64,000 nucleotides of DNA, taken from contig JBBQQR010000005.1 of NCBI GenBank assembly GCA_038215615.1, positions 1-64,000 of the forward strand, given 5' to 3'. This DNA comes from Vulcanimicrobiales bacterium (GTDB lineage: Bacteria > Vulcanimicrobiota > Vulcanimicrobiia > Vulcanimicrobiales > Vulcanimicrobiaceae). The position numbers and the translations under genes were made by a program. The notes below the pieces were generated by a model, which saw nothing but the letters and a program-made list of their open reading frames with translations, searched no databases and was not told the origin of the DNA. This document shows positions 18,925 through 27,616 of the stretch, one piece after another (position 1 is the first letter of the stretch; every line of letters starts with the position of its first letter).

Positions 18925-20402
18925 CCTACGATTCGCTTGGCGATTTCGTCGCGGCGCTGGAACGCGCCGGTCAGCTTCACCGCATCGAAACCGAAGTCGA
19001 TCCGCACTTGGAGATCAGCGAGATCACCGACCGCGTCGTTAAGCGCGGCGGTCCCGCGCTGCTTTTCACAAACGTGCGCGGATCGCAGTTTCCGGTTCTG
19101 ACCAACCAGTTCGGATCGCGGCGCCGTATGGCGATGGCGCTGGGAACCGGCACGCTCGACGAAGCCGGCGACCGCATTCGCAAACTGCTCGACATGTCGA
19201 TGCCGGAATCGGCCATGGAAAAGATCGGAAAATTGCTTTCGCTCGCGCCTCTTGCCGCCGCACTGCCGAAAACCGTTTCGTCGGGAAGCTGCCAGGACGT
19301 CGTGCTCGACACACCGGATCTCACAAAACTTCCCGTGTTGACGACGTGGCCGATGGATGCCGGACCGTTCATAACGCTCCCCTTGGTCGTGACGAAAGAT
19401 CCGCAGAGCGGGCGCTTCAACGTCGGCATGTACCGCATGCAAGTCTACGGTCCCAACGAAACCGCGATGCACTGGCAGCGGCACAAGCAGGGACGCGCTC
19501 ACGCCAAGGCCTGGGGAGATCGCGTTCCGGTCGCGGTGGCAATCGGATCGGATCCCGTTCTGACCTACGCGGCGACCGCGCCGCTTCCGCCGGTCGTCGA
19601 TGAATATCTCTTCGCCGGTTTACTGCGCGGAAAGCCCGTGAAACTCGTGGCGTGCAAAACCGTCGATCTCAAAGTTCCGGCCGACGCCGAATTCGTGCTC
19701 GAAGGCTACGTCGACAATACCGACGTGCGCGTCGAAGGCCCGTTCGGAGATCACACCGGCGTCTACAGTTTGGCCGACCGGTATCCAACCTTCCACCTGC
19801 AGTGCGTGACCCACCGGCGCAATGCGATCTATCCCGCAACCGTCGTCGGCAAACCGCCGATGGAAGACGCGTGGCTGGGAAAAGCGACCGAGAGAATCTT
19901 TCTCCCGCTTCTGCAAATGGTCGTGCCGGAGATCGTGGACATGAATCTTCCCGTCGAGGGCGGTTTCCAGAATCTGGCGATCGTTTCGATTCGCAAAGCG
20001 TATCCCGGCCAAGGCAAGAAGGTCATGAACGCACTGTGGGGGCTCGGACATATGATGATGCTGACTCGCGTGCTCGTCATTGTCGATGAAGACGTCGACG
20101 TCCAAAACCCGCGCACCGTCGCATGGTTCGTGCTCAACAATCTCGATGCACAGCACGACGTCGTCATGATGCCGGGACCGGTCGACGATCTCGATCACGG
20201 ATCGTACACGCCGGCGCTCGGCATGAAAGTCGGCGTCGACGCCACGCGCAAAACGGCAGCCGAAGGCTATACGCGCGAGTGGCCGCCCGACATGATCATG
20301 GACGAAGCGACGCGCTCGCGCGTCGACGCGCGCTGGAAAGAGTACGGCTTGGACCGCATCGAGCGCGCGCTCGAGCCCGACGACTGGTCGGGCCAAAAAT
20401 AG
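18921..20402 (+). CDS. UbiD-family decarboxylase (menaquinone pathway, MqnL-like)
   Basis: NVGMYRMQV, EGPFGDHTG, VVGKPPMED; adjacent to a UbiA-family gene. Confidence 0.92.
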   Translation: MTYDSLGDFVAALERAGQLHRIETEVDPHLEISEITDRVVKRGGPALLFTNVRGSQFPVLTNQFGSRRRMAMALGTGTLDEAGDRIRKLLDMSMPESAMEKIGKLLSLAPLAAALPKTVSSGSCQDVVLDTPDLTKLPVLTTWPMDAGPFITLPLVVTKDPQSGRFNVGMYRMQVYGPNETAMHWQRHKQGRAHAKAWGDRVPVAVAIGSDPVLTYAATAPLPPVVDEYLFAGLLRGKPVKLVACKTVDLKVPADAEFVLEGYVDNTDVRVEGPFGDHTGVYSLADRYPTFHLQCVTHRRNAIYPATVVGKPPMEDAWLGKATERIFLPLLQMVVPEIVDMNLPVEGGFQNLAIVSIRKAYPGQGKKVMNALWGLGHMMMLTRVLVIVDEDVDVQNPRTVAWFVLNNLDAQHDVVMMPGPVDDLDHGSYTPALGMKVGVDATRKTAAEGYTREWPPDMIMDEATRSRVDARWKEYGLDRIERALEPDDWSGQK

Positions 20403-21265
20403 AGCCCGTTCTGAACCGGACCGCAGCGTTTTTCAAAGAGATCCGCGTCGAGCATACGCTTTTCGCGCTGCCGTTCGCTTACACCGGCGCGATCTTTGCC
20501 GCCGGTGGGATTCCCCCGCTTCGCGCGCTGATCTGGATTACGCTCGCGGTGCTCGGCGCGCGCACGGCGGCGATGGCCGCCAACCGTTATTTGGATCGCG
20601 AGATAGACGCGCGCAATCCGCGCACGGCGACGCGCGCGCTCGCCGCCGGCAAGCTCGATCCGGCGATCATGCTGTGGGCGTGCGGCGCGGGGCTCGTGCT
20701 GCTCGCGATCGCGGCATGGCAGCTCAGTCCGCTTTGCGTGAAGCTCTTACCGCTCGCCGCGCTCGGCGCGCTCTTCTATCCGCTCTGCAAGCGCTACACG
20801 TGGCTGACGCACTTTGTGCTGGGCGCGGTCGACGCATTCGCACCGCTTGGAGCGTTCATAGCCATTCGCGGCGGGATCGATCTTGCGGCGGTTCTGTTGT
20901 TCCTCGCCGTGACCGTGTGGGTTGCGGGATTCGACGTGATTTATGCGCTGATGGACTTTGCGGTGGACCGCGCGCAGGCGCTCAGCTCGCTGCCGGCGCG
21001 CTTTGGCCAAAAAACGGCGCGCCGGTTGGCGGTCGGGCTGCACGCGCTCATGATCGTTCTGCTGACGGCCGCCGGCCTCGCCGGGTATGCAGGCAAGCTC
21101 TACGTTCTCGGCATCCTGGCGGCCGGCGTGCTGCTCCTGGCTGAAATCCGCGCGCTCGAGCGGGAGCCGGATATCTTCGCGCTCAACGATCTCGTTTTCA
21201 AGGCGAACATGGCGTTCTCGGTCGTCTTCTTGGCGACGACCGCTGCGGCGTTTTCGTTGGGGTAG
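20399..21265 (+). CDS. UbiA-family polyprenyltransferase (MqnP-like); start uncertain
   Basis: EHTLFALPFA, NRYLDREIDARNPRT, GFDVIYA.MD motifs; many TM helices. Confidence 0.9.
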   Translation: MEPVLNRTAAFFKEIRVEHTLFALPFAYTGAIFAAGGIPPLRALIWITLAVLGARTAAMAANRYLDREIDARNPRTATRALAAGKLDPAIMLWACGAGLVLLAIAAWQLSPLCVKLLPLAALGALFYPLCKRYTWLTHFVLGAVDAFAPLGAFIAIRGGIDLAAVLLFLAVTVWVAGFDVIYALMDFAVDRAQALSSLPARFGQKTARRLAVGLHALMIVLLTAAGLAGYAGKLYVLGILAAGVLLLAEIRALEREPDIFALNDLVFKANMAFSVVFLATTAAAFSLG

Positions 21266-21267
21266 CG

Positions 21268-22413
21268 GTGAAGCGGAAGCACTTTTTGACTTTGGCTGCG
21301 AGCGGCGCCGGCGTACTGCCGGGGGTCCGCGCGCTCGCGCAGTTCCAGCAGCAGGTAACGATCGGCATTATTGCCCCGCTCTCCGGAACGGGCAGCGACG
21401 CCGGGCGCCAAATCGTCAACGGCGTGCGCGCGGCCGTGGACGAAACCAACGTCAGCGTCGGGTCGTTCGGAACCGCATACGCCTATCGCGCCTTCGACGA
21501 TCAGGGCGCGCTCGCGCAGATGATTCAAAACGCGCAGTTTGCCGCGTCGGATCCGTCGATCGTCGCCGTCATCGGCGGCCTGGACGGCAAGCTCACCGCC
21601 GCCGCGCTTCCAACGTATGCAAACGCGCAGCTCCCGCTTCTCGTCTGCGCTTCAACCGCCAATGTGGTGACCGCTCGCGGCTACCGGAACGTTTGGCAAC
21701 TGCCGACCAAAGACGGAACCGAAGGCCAACTTTTCGCGCGCTATCTCGCGCGGCACGGAAAACCCAAACACGCGCTCGCCGTCACGCAAGACGGAGATTA
21801 TGGGCCGGACGTCGCCGCCGGTTTCGTCGATCAAGCCGGCGCGCTCGGAATCGCTGCGGAAACCTATTCCTTTTCGTGGGGTTCGCCCGCGTACGGAGCA
21901 GCGGCAAAAGTCATCCTGGCGAAAAAACCCGACTACATTTATCTGTGCGGCGAAACCAAAGGGTTAGGTCCGCTGGTAGATGCGCTAAAAGCCGCCGGTT
22001 ACGGCGGCGCGTTCGGGGCGAGCGAAGGGTTTTTTAATCAGGGAACGCTCGACAAGTATGCCGGGTCTTTGAACGGCGCGCTGGTCTCGACGTCGTTTCC
22101 GCCGCTCGACCGGGCACCCGACGTCGCCAACGTGCTCTCCGATTTTCGCGCGCGCACGCCGGTGACGGCGATATCGGCGTTCGCGTACGCCGCCACGCAG
22201 ATAGTTATCTCTGCTTCAAAACGCACGGGCGCGACGAACCGGCTGTCGATGCTCTCCGCGCTGCAAGCGCCGATCTCTTACGATACCGTCGTCGGTTCAT
22301 TTCAGTTCGGCTTCGACGGCGACCCGGTCGACCCGAACGTGTACTTCTATACCGTAACCGGCGCGTCGCTCAAGTATACGGGGGCCTCTCACCCGAGCGC
22401 GTTCATCCTTTAA
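21268..22413 (+). CDS. Branched-chain amino acid ABC transporter substrate-binding protein (LivJ/LivK family)
   Basis: IGIIAPLSG, FDDQG, VAVIGG and AYAATQI motifs; Tat-like leader KRKHFL. Confidence 0.85.
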   Translation: MKRKHFLTLAASGAGVLPGVRALAQFQQQVTIGIIAPLSGTGSDAGRQIVNGVRAAVDETNVSVGSFGTAYAYRAFDDQGALAQMIQNAQFAASDPSIVAVIGGLDGKLTAAALPTYANAQLPLLVCASTANVVTARGYRNVWQLPTKDGTEGQLFARYLARHGKPKHALAVTQDGDYGPDVAAGFVDQAGALGIAAETYSFSWGSPAYGAAAKVILAKKPDYIYLCGETKGLGPLVDALKAAGYGGAFGASEGFFNQGTLDKYAGSLNGALVSTSFPPLDRAPDVANVLSDFRARTPVTAISAFAYAATQIVISASKRTGATNRLSMLSALQAPISYDTVVGSFQFGFDGDPVDPNVYFYTVTGASLKYTGASHPSAFIL

Positions 22414-22559
22414 TTCAGCATGCTCTGCAGCGAAACCGGACGCTGCGCCGGCGCGGACTTCGGCTTCATCGCCGCAGCTTCGGAGTCTTCGAGCATCAGC
22501 ACGAACCGCAACCGCCACGCGCCCAGCGCGAGTGAAAACTTCATTCCGAATAGGTCCAT
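22410..22559 (-). CDS. 49-aa small protein at the end of the ytr-like operon (absent from the ORF track)
   Basis: GGAGG-cttaatc-ATG; MDLFGMKFSLALGAWRLRFVLMLEDSEAAAMKPKSAPAQRPVSLQSMLN*. Confidence 0.6.
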   Translation of the reverse strand: MDLFGMKFSLALGAWRLRFVLMLEDSEAAAMKPKSAPAQRPVSLQSMLN

Positions 22560-22561
22560 GA

Positions 22562-23605
22562 TTAAGCCTCCACCCGGCGCCATTGCAGCACCGAAAGCGT
22601 GAGATAGACGATGGTAAGTACGCCCAGCATGAGCGCCGAGAATCCAAGCGAGCCGACCGCGGTCTGAAATTCAAACCCCGAACTGCTCGAAACCGAAAAG
22701 GCTCCCCGGAAAGATAGATAGGCGATTGGATCGATGTATGAAAGCGATTGGAAGAGCATGTGAATACTGCGCCCGAGATCGCTTTGACTGCGTGCGGTAG
22801 CCTGTGAGATCGCAGGTATGACGAGGGCTGCGAGCCATCCCAAGCCGCATACCATGCCTAAGCCGCGCTTCAGCGATGCGCTGAATGCGGTCAGGCATGA
22901 GTACCACGCGATCGGGCCGAGCAGCGCGAGTGCCACGAACAGCGGCGTCATGGAATTGGTATAGAATCTGGGCCACACGAACATGGCGCAGATGAGCACG
23001 ATGACGACGAGCGTCGCGAGTTGAGAAACGACAATCGTCAAGACATCCGTGCCGATCGAGGCCAGCGCAAGGCGTTCTCGTGATACCGGTTTGGTCCATG
23101 CGAGCTCCAAATGTCCGTCGTTTTCTTTTGCCAGCACGCCGCCGAGCATCGTGGCCGTGATCAGCGCGTAAAACGAAGCGATTCCGAACAGAATGCCGAC
23201 GGGAATGTTGGCGCCGCTCATGTCTTGCGTTACGATGATGTGCGTCATGCCCGAGCTCCGGTTTTCCGTGATGTTCGAACTTCCCAGCGAAAAATTGTTG
23301 TGGCTCATTTGGTTGTCACTGGGGATCGTCGCGTTCATGTGAAAGTACCCGCTACGCCGGTCGATCACGGCGTGCACCCGCTTGACCGGGTCGACGATTG
23401 TGGTTTCGACAGTACCGTCCGCACGTATCTTTGATGTCACGTGCGCGCTCGGGGACCCCTGCAGCTGGGATGCGACAAACATGGGGCCGTGTTCGGCAAA
23501 AGCCCACAGGCGAAAGATGATCGCGACCGCCAGGAAAATTCCAAGAATAATAGCGATCACGCGCAGCGCGCGAATTCCGCGCAAAACTTCGGCGTAATAA
23601 TACAT
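22562..23605 (-). CDS. ABC-2-type exporter permease, paralog 2
   Basis: Six TM segments, LAKENDGHLELAWTKPVSR motif, extracytoplasmic beta insert. Confidence 0.85.
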   Translation of the reverse strand: MYYYAEVLRGIRALRVIAIILGIFLAVAIIFRLWAFAEHGPMFVASQLQGSPSAHVTSKIRADGTVETTIVDPVKRVHAVIDRRSGYFHMNATIPSDNQMSHNNFSLGSSNITENRSSGMTHIIVTQDMSGANIPVGILFGIASFYALITATMLGGVLAKENDGHLELAWTKPVSRERLALASIGTDVLTIVVSQLATLVVIVLICAMFVWPRFYTNSMTPLFVALALLGPIAWYSCLTAFSASLKRGLGMVCGLGWLAALVIPAISQATARSQSDLGRSIHMLFQSLSYIDPIAYLSFRGAFSVSSSSGFEFQTAVGSLGFSALMLGVLTIVYLTLSVLQWRRVEA

Positions 23606-23609
23606 GGAC

Positions 23610-24644
23610 TTACGCCTCCACCCGGCGCCATTGCAGCACCGAAAGAGAAAGATAGACGACGGTGAGGACGAGCAGCATGCCGGCCGAGACGCCGAGTGGC
23701 CCGAGCGGCGCGTTCTGCATGGCGCTCATTCCGCCCGAACCGTGGAAAGAAAGGTGCACGTATTCTATGGGATCGATGTAGGCGATCGGCTGGAATACCC
23801 AGTGAATCGCGCGGCCGAAATCGCTGCTGCTGCGGGCCGTGCCTTCCGCAATTGCGGGGATGGCGATCGCGGCGAGCCAACCTAAACCGACGACCATGCC
23901 AAGGCCACGTTTGAGTGAAGCGCTGAACGCCGTCAAACATGAGTACCACGCTATCGGACCCAGAAGCGTTATCGCGATCGAAGGCAGCGTCGTCGCATCG
24001 GAATAGAACGTCGGCCAGATAAACATGGCGCAAACGATGAGAACCAGCAGCACGGTCGCAAATTGCGAGACAAGGATCGTCGCGACATCGGTGCCCATCG
24101 TTGCCAGAGCTAAACGTTCACGCGAAACGGGTTTGGTCCAGGCGAGCTCCAGATGCCCGTCATTTTCTTTGGCGAGCACTCCGCCCAGCATCGTGGCCGT
24201 GACCAGCCCGATCACCTCGGCGATGGCAAAGAGTATGGCGACGGGGATGCTTGCGGTCATATCGTGCGTCAGGACGATGTGCGTCATACCGGCCTTTTGA
24301 ACCCGGTCTATGCTCGAATTGCCCAGTGAAAAATGGTTATGGCTCATCGGATCGCCGCTGGGCATCGACGCATCCATATGAAAGAGACGTCCGCGGCGGT
24401 CTATGACGGCGTGAACATTCTTGACCGGATCGTTCACGGTCGTTTCGATCGTGCCGTCGGCAAGCGTTTTGCTGGTCACGTGAGCCGTCGGTGACGACTG
24501 CATGGCTGTAGCCATAGCGGCGGGGTCGTGCTCGCTAAACGCCCACAGGCGGAACAGGATGGCAATCGCTAAGAAGACTCCTAAGATGATTGCGACCACG
24601 CGTAGGGCGCGCATTCCGCGCAAAACTTCTGCGTAGTAGTACAT
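23610..24644 (-). CDS. ABC-2-type exporter permease, paralog 1
   Basis: Same architecture; near-identical termini (MYYYAEVLRG...LQWRRVEA). Confidence 0.85.
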   Translation of the reverse strand: MYYYAEVLRGMRALRVVAIILGVFLAIAILFRLWAFSEHDPAAMATAMQSSPTAHVTSKTLADGTIETTVNDPVKNVHAVIDRRGRLFHMDASMPSGDPMSHNHFSLGNSSIDRVQKAGMTHIVLTHDMTASIPVAILFAIAEVIGLVTATMLGGVLAKENDGHLELAWTKPVSRERLALATMGTDVATILVSQFATVLLVLIVCAMFIWPTFYSDATTLPSIAITLLGPIAWYSCLTAFSASLKRGLGMVVGLGWLAAIAIPAIAEGTARSSSDFGRAIHWVFQPIAYIDPIEYVHLSFHGSGGMSAMQNAPLGPLGVSAGMLLVLTVVYLSLSVLQWRRVEA

Positions 24645-25549
24645 CAGCCGGCTTCCACGACGTCAGCCGTTTGTGACCCCGGCGCGACCGCGTTGAGGAA
24701 GATGTCTTCTAAATTCAAATCGACGATCCGCACGCTCTGCGCGCCCATGGTAGAAAGCGTTTCCGCCAATCCGCCGCCGTCGGCGGTGACCGTCAGCCGG
24801 AGGATCCGGCCGGATTGGTCGAGGCGCTCGATGCGCGAGTCGCGGCGCAAGCCGTCGAGCGCGATCGCCTCCGACGGAAAGATGCCTTCGACGATCTTGC
24901 GATCGGATTTCAGATCATCTACGGCACCGGCGAGAATCACGCGTCCGTTCTGGAGCACCGCGAGATGATCCGCCGCGCGCTCGACCTGTCCGATCTGGTG
25001 AGACGAGAGCACGATCGTGGCGCCTTGCGCGGCGCTTTCAATCATAAGATTTAAGACGGCGCGCTGATTGACCGGGTCGAGGCCGCTGGTCGGTTCGTCC
25101 AGCACCAGCGTTTCCGGATTGATCGCGAATGCCATGACGATCGCCAGCGCGGTACGCATGCCTTTCGACATCGCGCGAACGCGTTTGCGCGGATCCAATT
25201 TGAAAAGATCCATCAGCTGCTTCGCGCGTTTGGGATCGAAACGCTTGAATGTGCGCCGCTGCATCTCCAGATGCTCGGCCCCGTTCATCCACTCGTAGAG
25301 CACGCTGCGTTCGGGCACGTAAGAGATGCTTTCGAAGAGTGCCGGCGTCAGCTCGTTGCCGTCAAAGCGGATCACTCCCGAGGTCGAGCGTGCCAGCCCC
25401 AGAAGGCATTTGAACGTCGTGGTCTTGCCGGCCCCGTTGGGACCGAGCAGGCCGAAGACGGAACCGGTCGGGATCTCGATGGTTACGTCGTCGACGGCCA
25501 GAAAATTTCCGTACGACTTACTCAAATGTTCGATGGAGATGGTGCTCAT
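24644..25549 (-). CDS. ABC exporter ATP-binding protein (YtrB-like)
   Basis: GPNGAGKTT, MSKGM signature, LVLDEPTSGLD, SSH. Confidence 0.95.
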   Translation of the reverse strand: MSTISIEHLSKSYGNFLAVDDVTIEIPTGSVFGLLGPNGAGKTTTFKCLLGLARSTSGVIRFDGNELTPALFESISYVPERSVLYEWMNGAEHLEMQRRTFKRFDPKRAKQLMDLFKLDPRKRVRAMSKGMRTALAIVMAFAINPETLVLDEPTSGLDPVNQRAVLNLMIESAAQGATIVLSSHQIGQVERAADHLAVLQNGRVILAGAVDDLKSDRKIVEGIFPSEAIALDGLRRDSRIERLDQSGRILRLTVTADGGGLAETLSTMGAQSVRIVDLNLEDIFLNAVAPGSQTADVVEAG

Positions 25550-25941
25550 TTTTCCTCCGGAAACCAGCGCGTCAGTGCGGACTCAAAGAGTTCGCGCACG
25601 CCGGCGGCGGGTAAACCTAACGACTTTGCTTCACGGACCGCTTGCGTAACCGCTTCACCCGCGACGTCGGTCGCGGCGCGAGTCTGCTGAGCGACTCCAT
25701 CCGCTCGCACGAACGAGCCGCGCCCTGGCGCCGTCTCGATGACCGCATCATGCTCGAGGTCGCGGTACGCCCGCGCCACCGTGTTCGGATTGACAGTCAG
25801 GTCGACGGCAAGTTGCTTGACCGTTGGCAGCTGCTCGCCGGGAGCGAGGACGCCGAGGGCCACAGAGCGTTTGACTTGCTCGATCAGTTGGAGGTAGATC
25901 GGAACGCCGCTGCGCGGGTCTACCGTGAATACTGCAGGCAT
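25546..25941 (-). CDS. GntR-family regulator, YtrA subfamily
   Basis: PIYLQL..LAPGEQLPTVKQLA..VNPNTVARAY..GRGSFV; short C-domain; precedes an ABC ATPase. Confidence 0.93.
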   Translation of the reverse strand: MPAVFTVDPRSGVPIYLQLIEQVKRSVALGVLAPGEQLPTVKQLAVDLTVNPNTVARAYRDLEHDAVIETAPGRGSFVRADGVAQQTRAATDVAGEAVTQAVREAKSLGLPAAGVRELFESALTRWFPEEK

Positions 25942-25951
25942 GGCCAGCTCC

Positions 25952-26056
25952 TTAGAGCTTCGGACCCCAGCCTAGGAACAAGCTTCCCTGGTTCGAGAGC
26001 GGGAAACTCGGGCTGCGACGCTCGGTCGCTTCTTGGAAGTTGATGGGGAACGTCAT
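25952..26056 (-). CDS. 34-aa peptide, first gene of the ytr-like operon, ending FLGWGPKL (absent from the ORF track)
   Basis: TAAGGAG-aagcgaa-ATG; MTFPINFQEATERRSPSFPLSNQGSLFLGWGPKL*; its stop overlaps the GntR SD (TAAGGAG). Confidence 0.75.
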   Translation of the reverse strand: MTFPINFQEATERRSPSFPLSNQGSLFLGWGPKL

Positions 26057-26087
26057 TTCGCTTCTCCTTAGAGTACCAATACGCTGT

Positions 26088-26132
26088 TGTACTAGTACAC
26101 TAGTATAATAGCACGAAATTCTCCCTCGTCAA
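26088..26132 (-). promoter_or_regulatory. Sigma70 promoter with overlapping palindromic YtrA-type operator
   Basis: Minus strand TTGACG-N16-TATTAT with extended TG. Perfect palindrome TGTACTAGTACA (26088-26099) within TGTACTAG-TACA-CTAGTATA. Confidence 0.7.
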
Positions 26133-26173
26133 CCCCCTCCAACAATTTTTTTTTGGCTCCGCCGAGGCCGCCG

Positions 26174-27547
26174 CTATGCCGGCAGCTTCAGGTATTTCCG
26201 GAAGCGGCTGTCTCCGCGGACGACGTCGAGTCGCACGTCGGGCACCAGCGGAAAGGCGCTGGGCATCTTACGCCAGGCCCGCCCCAGGGTCGCTAGCGCT
26301 TCAGAACGGTTCCCCATGGCGACCAGAACGACGGCCACATCCAACGGATCGGCCTTGCCGATCCCACGGTTCGTCCGGGCGATCGCCAACTGCCGGCGAG
26401 CACTGGGAAGGTCGGCCGAAGCCGCATAAGCGTGCGCGAGAAGCGCCGCCGCCTCCGCTCTGCAGGTTCCGCAGCGTGCCGCATAGTGCTGATAGGCGTT
26501 CTCGGCGGCTCGATAGTTTCCAAGAGCCTCGTATCCCAGCCCCAGCGGCACGTACGCATCAATGCGGCCGGGAGAGAGATCGAGCGCTTCCCGCGCATAG
26601 GCGACTGCCTCGGGATAATGGCGAGAAAGGTAAGCTGCATCTGAAAGCCAGGCCAATGCGGCGACCGAGACCGGATCGAGCTGGGCGGCTTTCTTCAATT
26701 GATAAAAGGCTTCGCGATCTCGACCCTGTTCAAGCAGCGAAGACCCATACCACTGGCGCGCCGACGCATTGCCTGGATCCAATTGCAACGCTTGGCGGAA
26801 CTGCGCGCGCGCAGAAGCGAGCGTCCCTCGTACGTCCTCCGCGATTCCGAGCGCGGCGTGCGCCTCGGCAAGACCCGAATCCAGTTTAAGTGCTCGCCGC
26901 GCAAATTCGCGCCCTAACGCGTACGCTTGCGCCGGCTTGAGCGGCCCGTAAGCGTAATTGCCTTCTATTGCATAGGCTTCCGCGAGGGCGGCATAACCGC
27001 GCGCATTTTTTGGATCGGATCGGATCACCGCGCGAAAATAGCGAATGCTCTTTTGCACGCTTGCTTGCGTGCGCTGCTTCCAATAATATGTCCCCATCGC
27101 GAAGAGACGCTGCCCGTTGGCGCTGAGCCCGTCGGGTACCCGAGCCGAACGAGCGGTTCCGTGCACGAGCGTGAAACTCAATGAGATCGCAAGGGTTGCC
27201 GCCGCCGCTACGTACTGCCATCGGAATGCGAGCAGCTGCCGCGGCGGCGTTTTCGAAACCGCGCCCGAGAAGAGATAGCCGCGCCGCGGAACGGTCTGGA
27301 TGCAATCGATCCAGTATCGGCGCAGAACTTTTCGGAGCACGTAAACATTTTGCGCGAGGTTGCCTTCCTCAACGAACCCCTCCGGCCAAACTGCATCGAG
27401 CAGCTCGCGCTTGGTGATCACCTCGCCGGAATGTTCGGCGAGCGCGAGCAGCGTTCGCACGACCTTCGGGCCGAGCGGCAAAGGACGCTTGCCCACACTG
27501 AGGAGCAAGCGTTCGGAGTCGAGGCGGAATGGCCCTAAGAACAGCAT
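26174..27547 (-). CDS. Winged-helix (CadC/OmpR-type) plus TPR transcriptional regulator
   Basis: GEVITKRELLDAVW..VEEGNLAQNVYVLRK..IQTVPRRGY, a hydrophobic segment, then multiple TPRs. Confidence 0.9.
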   Translation of the reverse strand: MLFLGPFRLDSERLLLSVGKRPLPLGPKVVRTLLALAEHSGEVITKRELLDAVWPEGFVEEGNLAQNVYVLRKVLRRYWIDCIQTVPRRGYLFSGAVSKTPPRQLLAFRWQYVAAAATLAISLSFTLVHGTARSARVPDGLSANGQRLFAMGTYYWKQRTQASVQKSIRYFRAVIRSDPKNARGYAALAEAYAIEGNYAYGPLKPAQAYALGREFARRALKLDSGLAEAHAALGIAEDVRGTLASARAQFRQALQLDPGNASARQWYGSSLLEQGRDREAFYQLKKAAQLDPVSVAALAWLSDAAYLSRHYPEAVAYAREALDLSPGRIDAYVPLGLGYEALGNYRAAENAYQHYAARCGTCRAEAAALLAHAYAASADLPSARRQLAIARTNRGIGKADPLDVAVVLVAMGNRSEALATLGRAWRKMPSAFPLVPDVRLDVVRGDSRFRKYLKLPA

Positions 27548-27560
27548 TTTGATGGCTTTC

Positions 27561-27585
27561 TGAAGACGCTGAAACCGGTTGAAGA
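27561..27585. promoter_or_regulatory. Three TGAA direct repeats between divergent genes (probable wHTH binding site)
   Basis: TGAAGA 27561, TGAAAC 27570, TGAAGA 27580. Confidence 0.45.
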
Positions 27586-27616
27586 TTAATTTAGTAGTTG
27601 AAATGAGGAGTATCCT

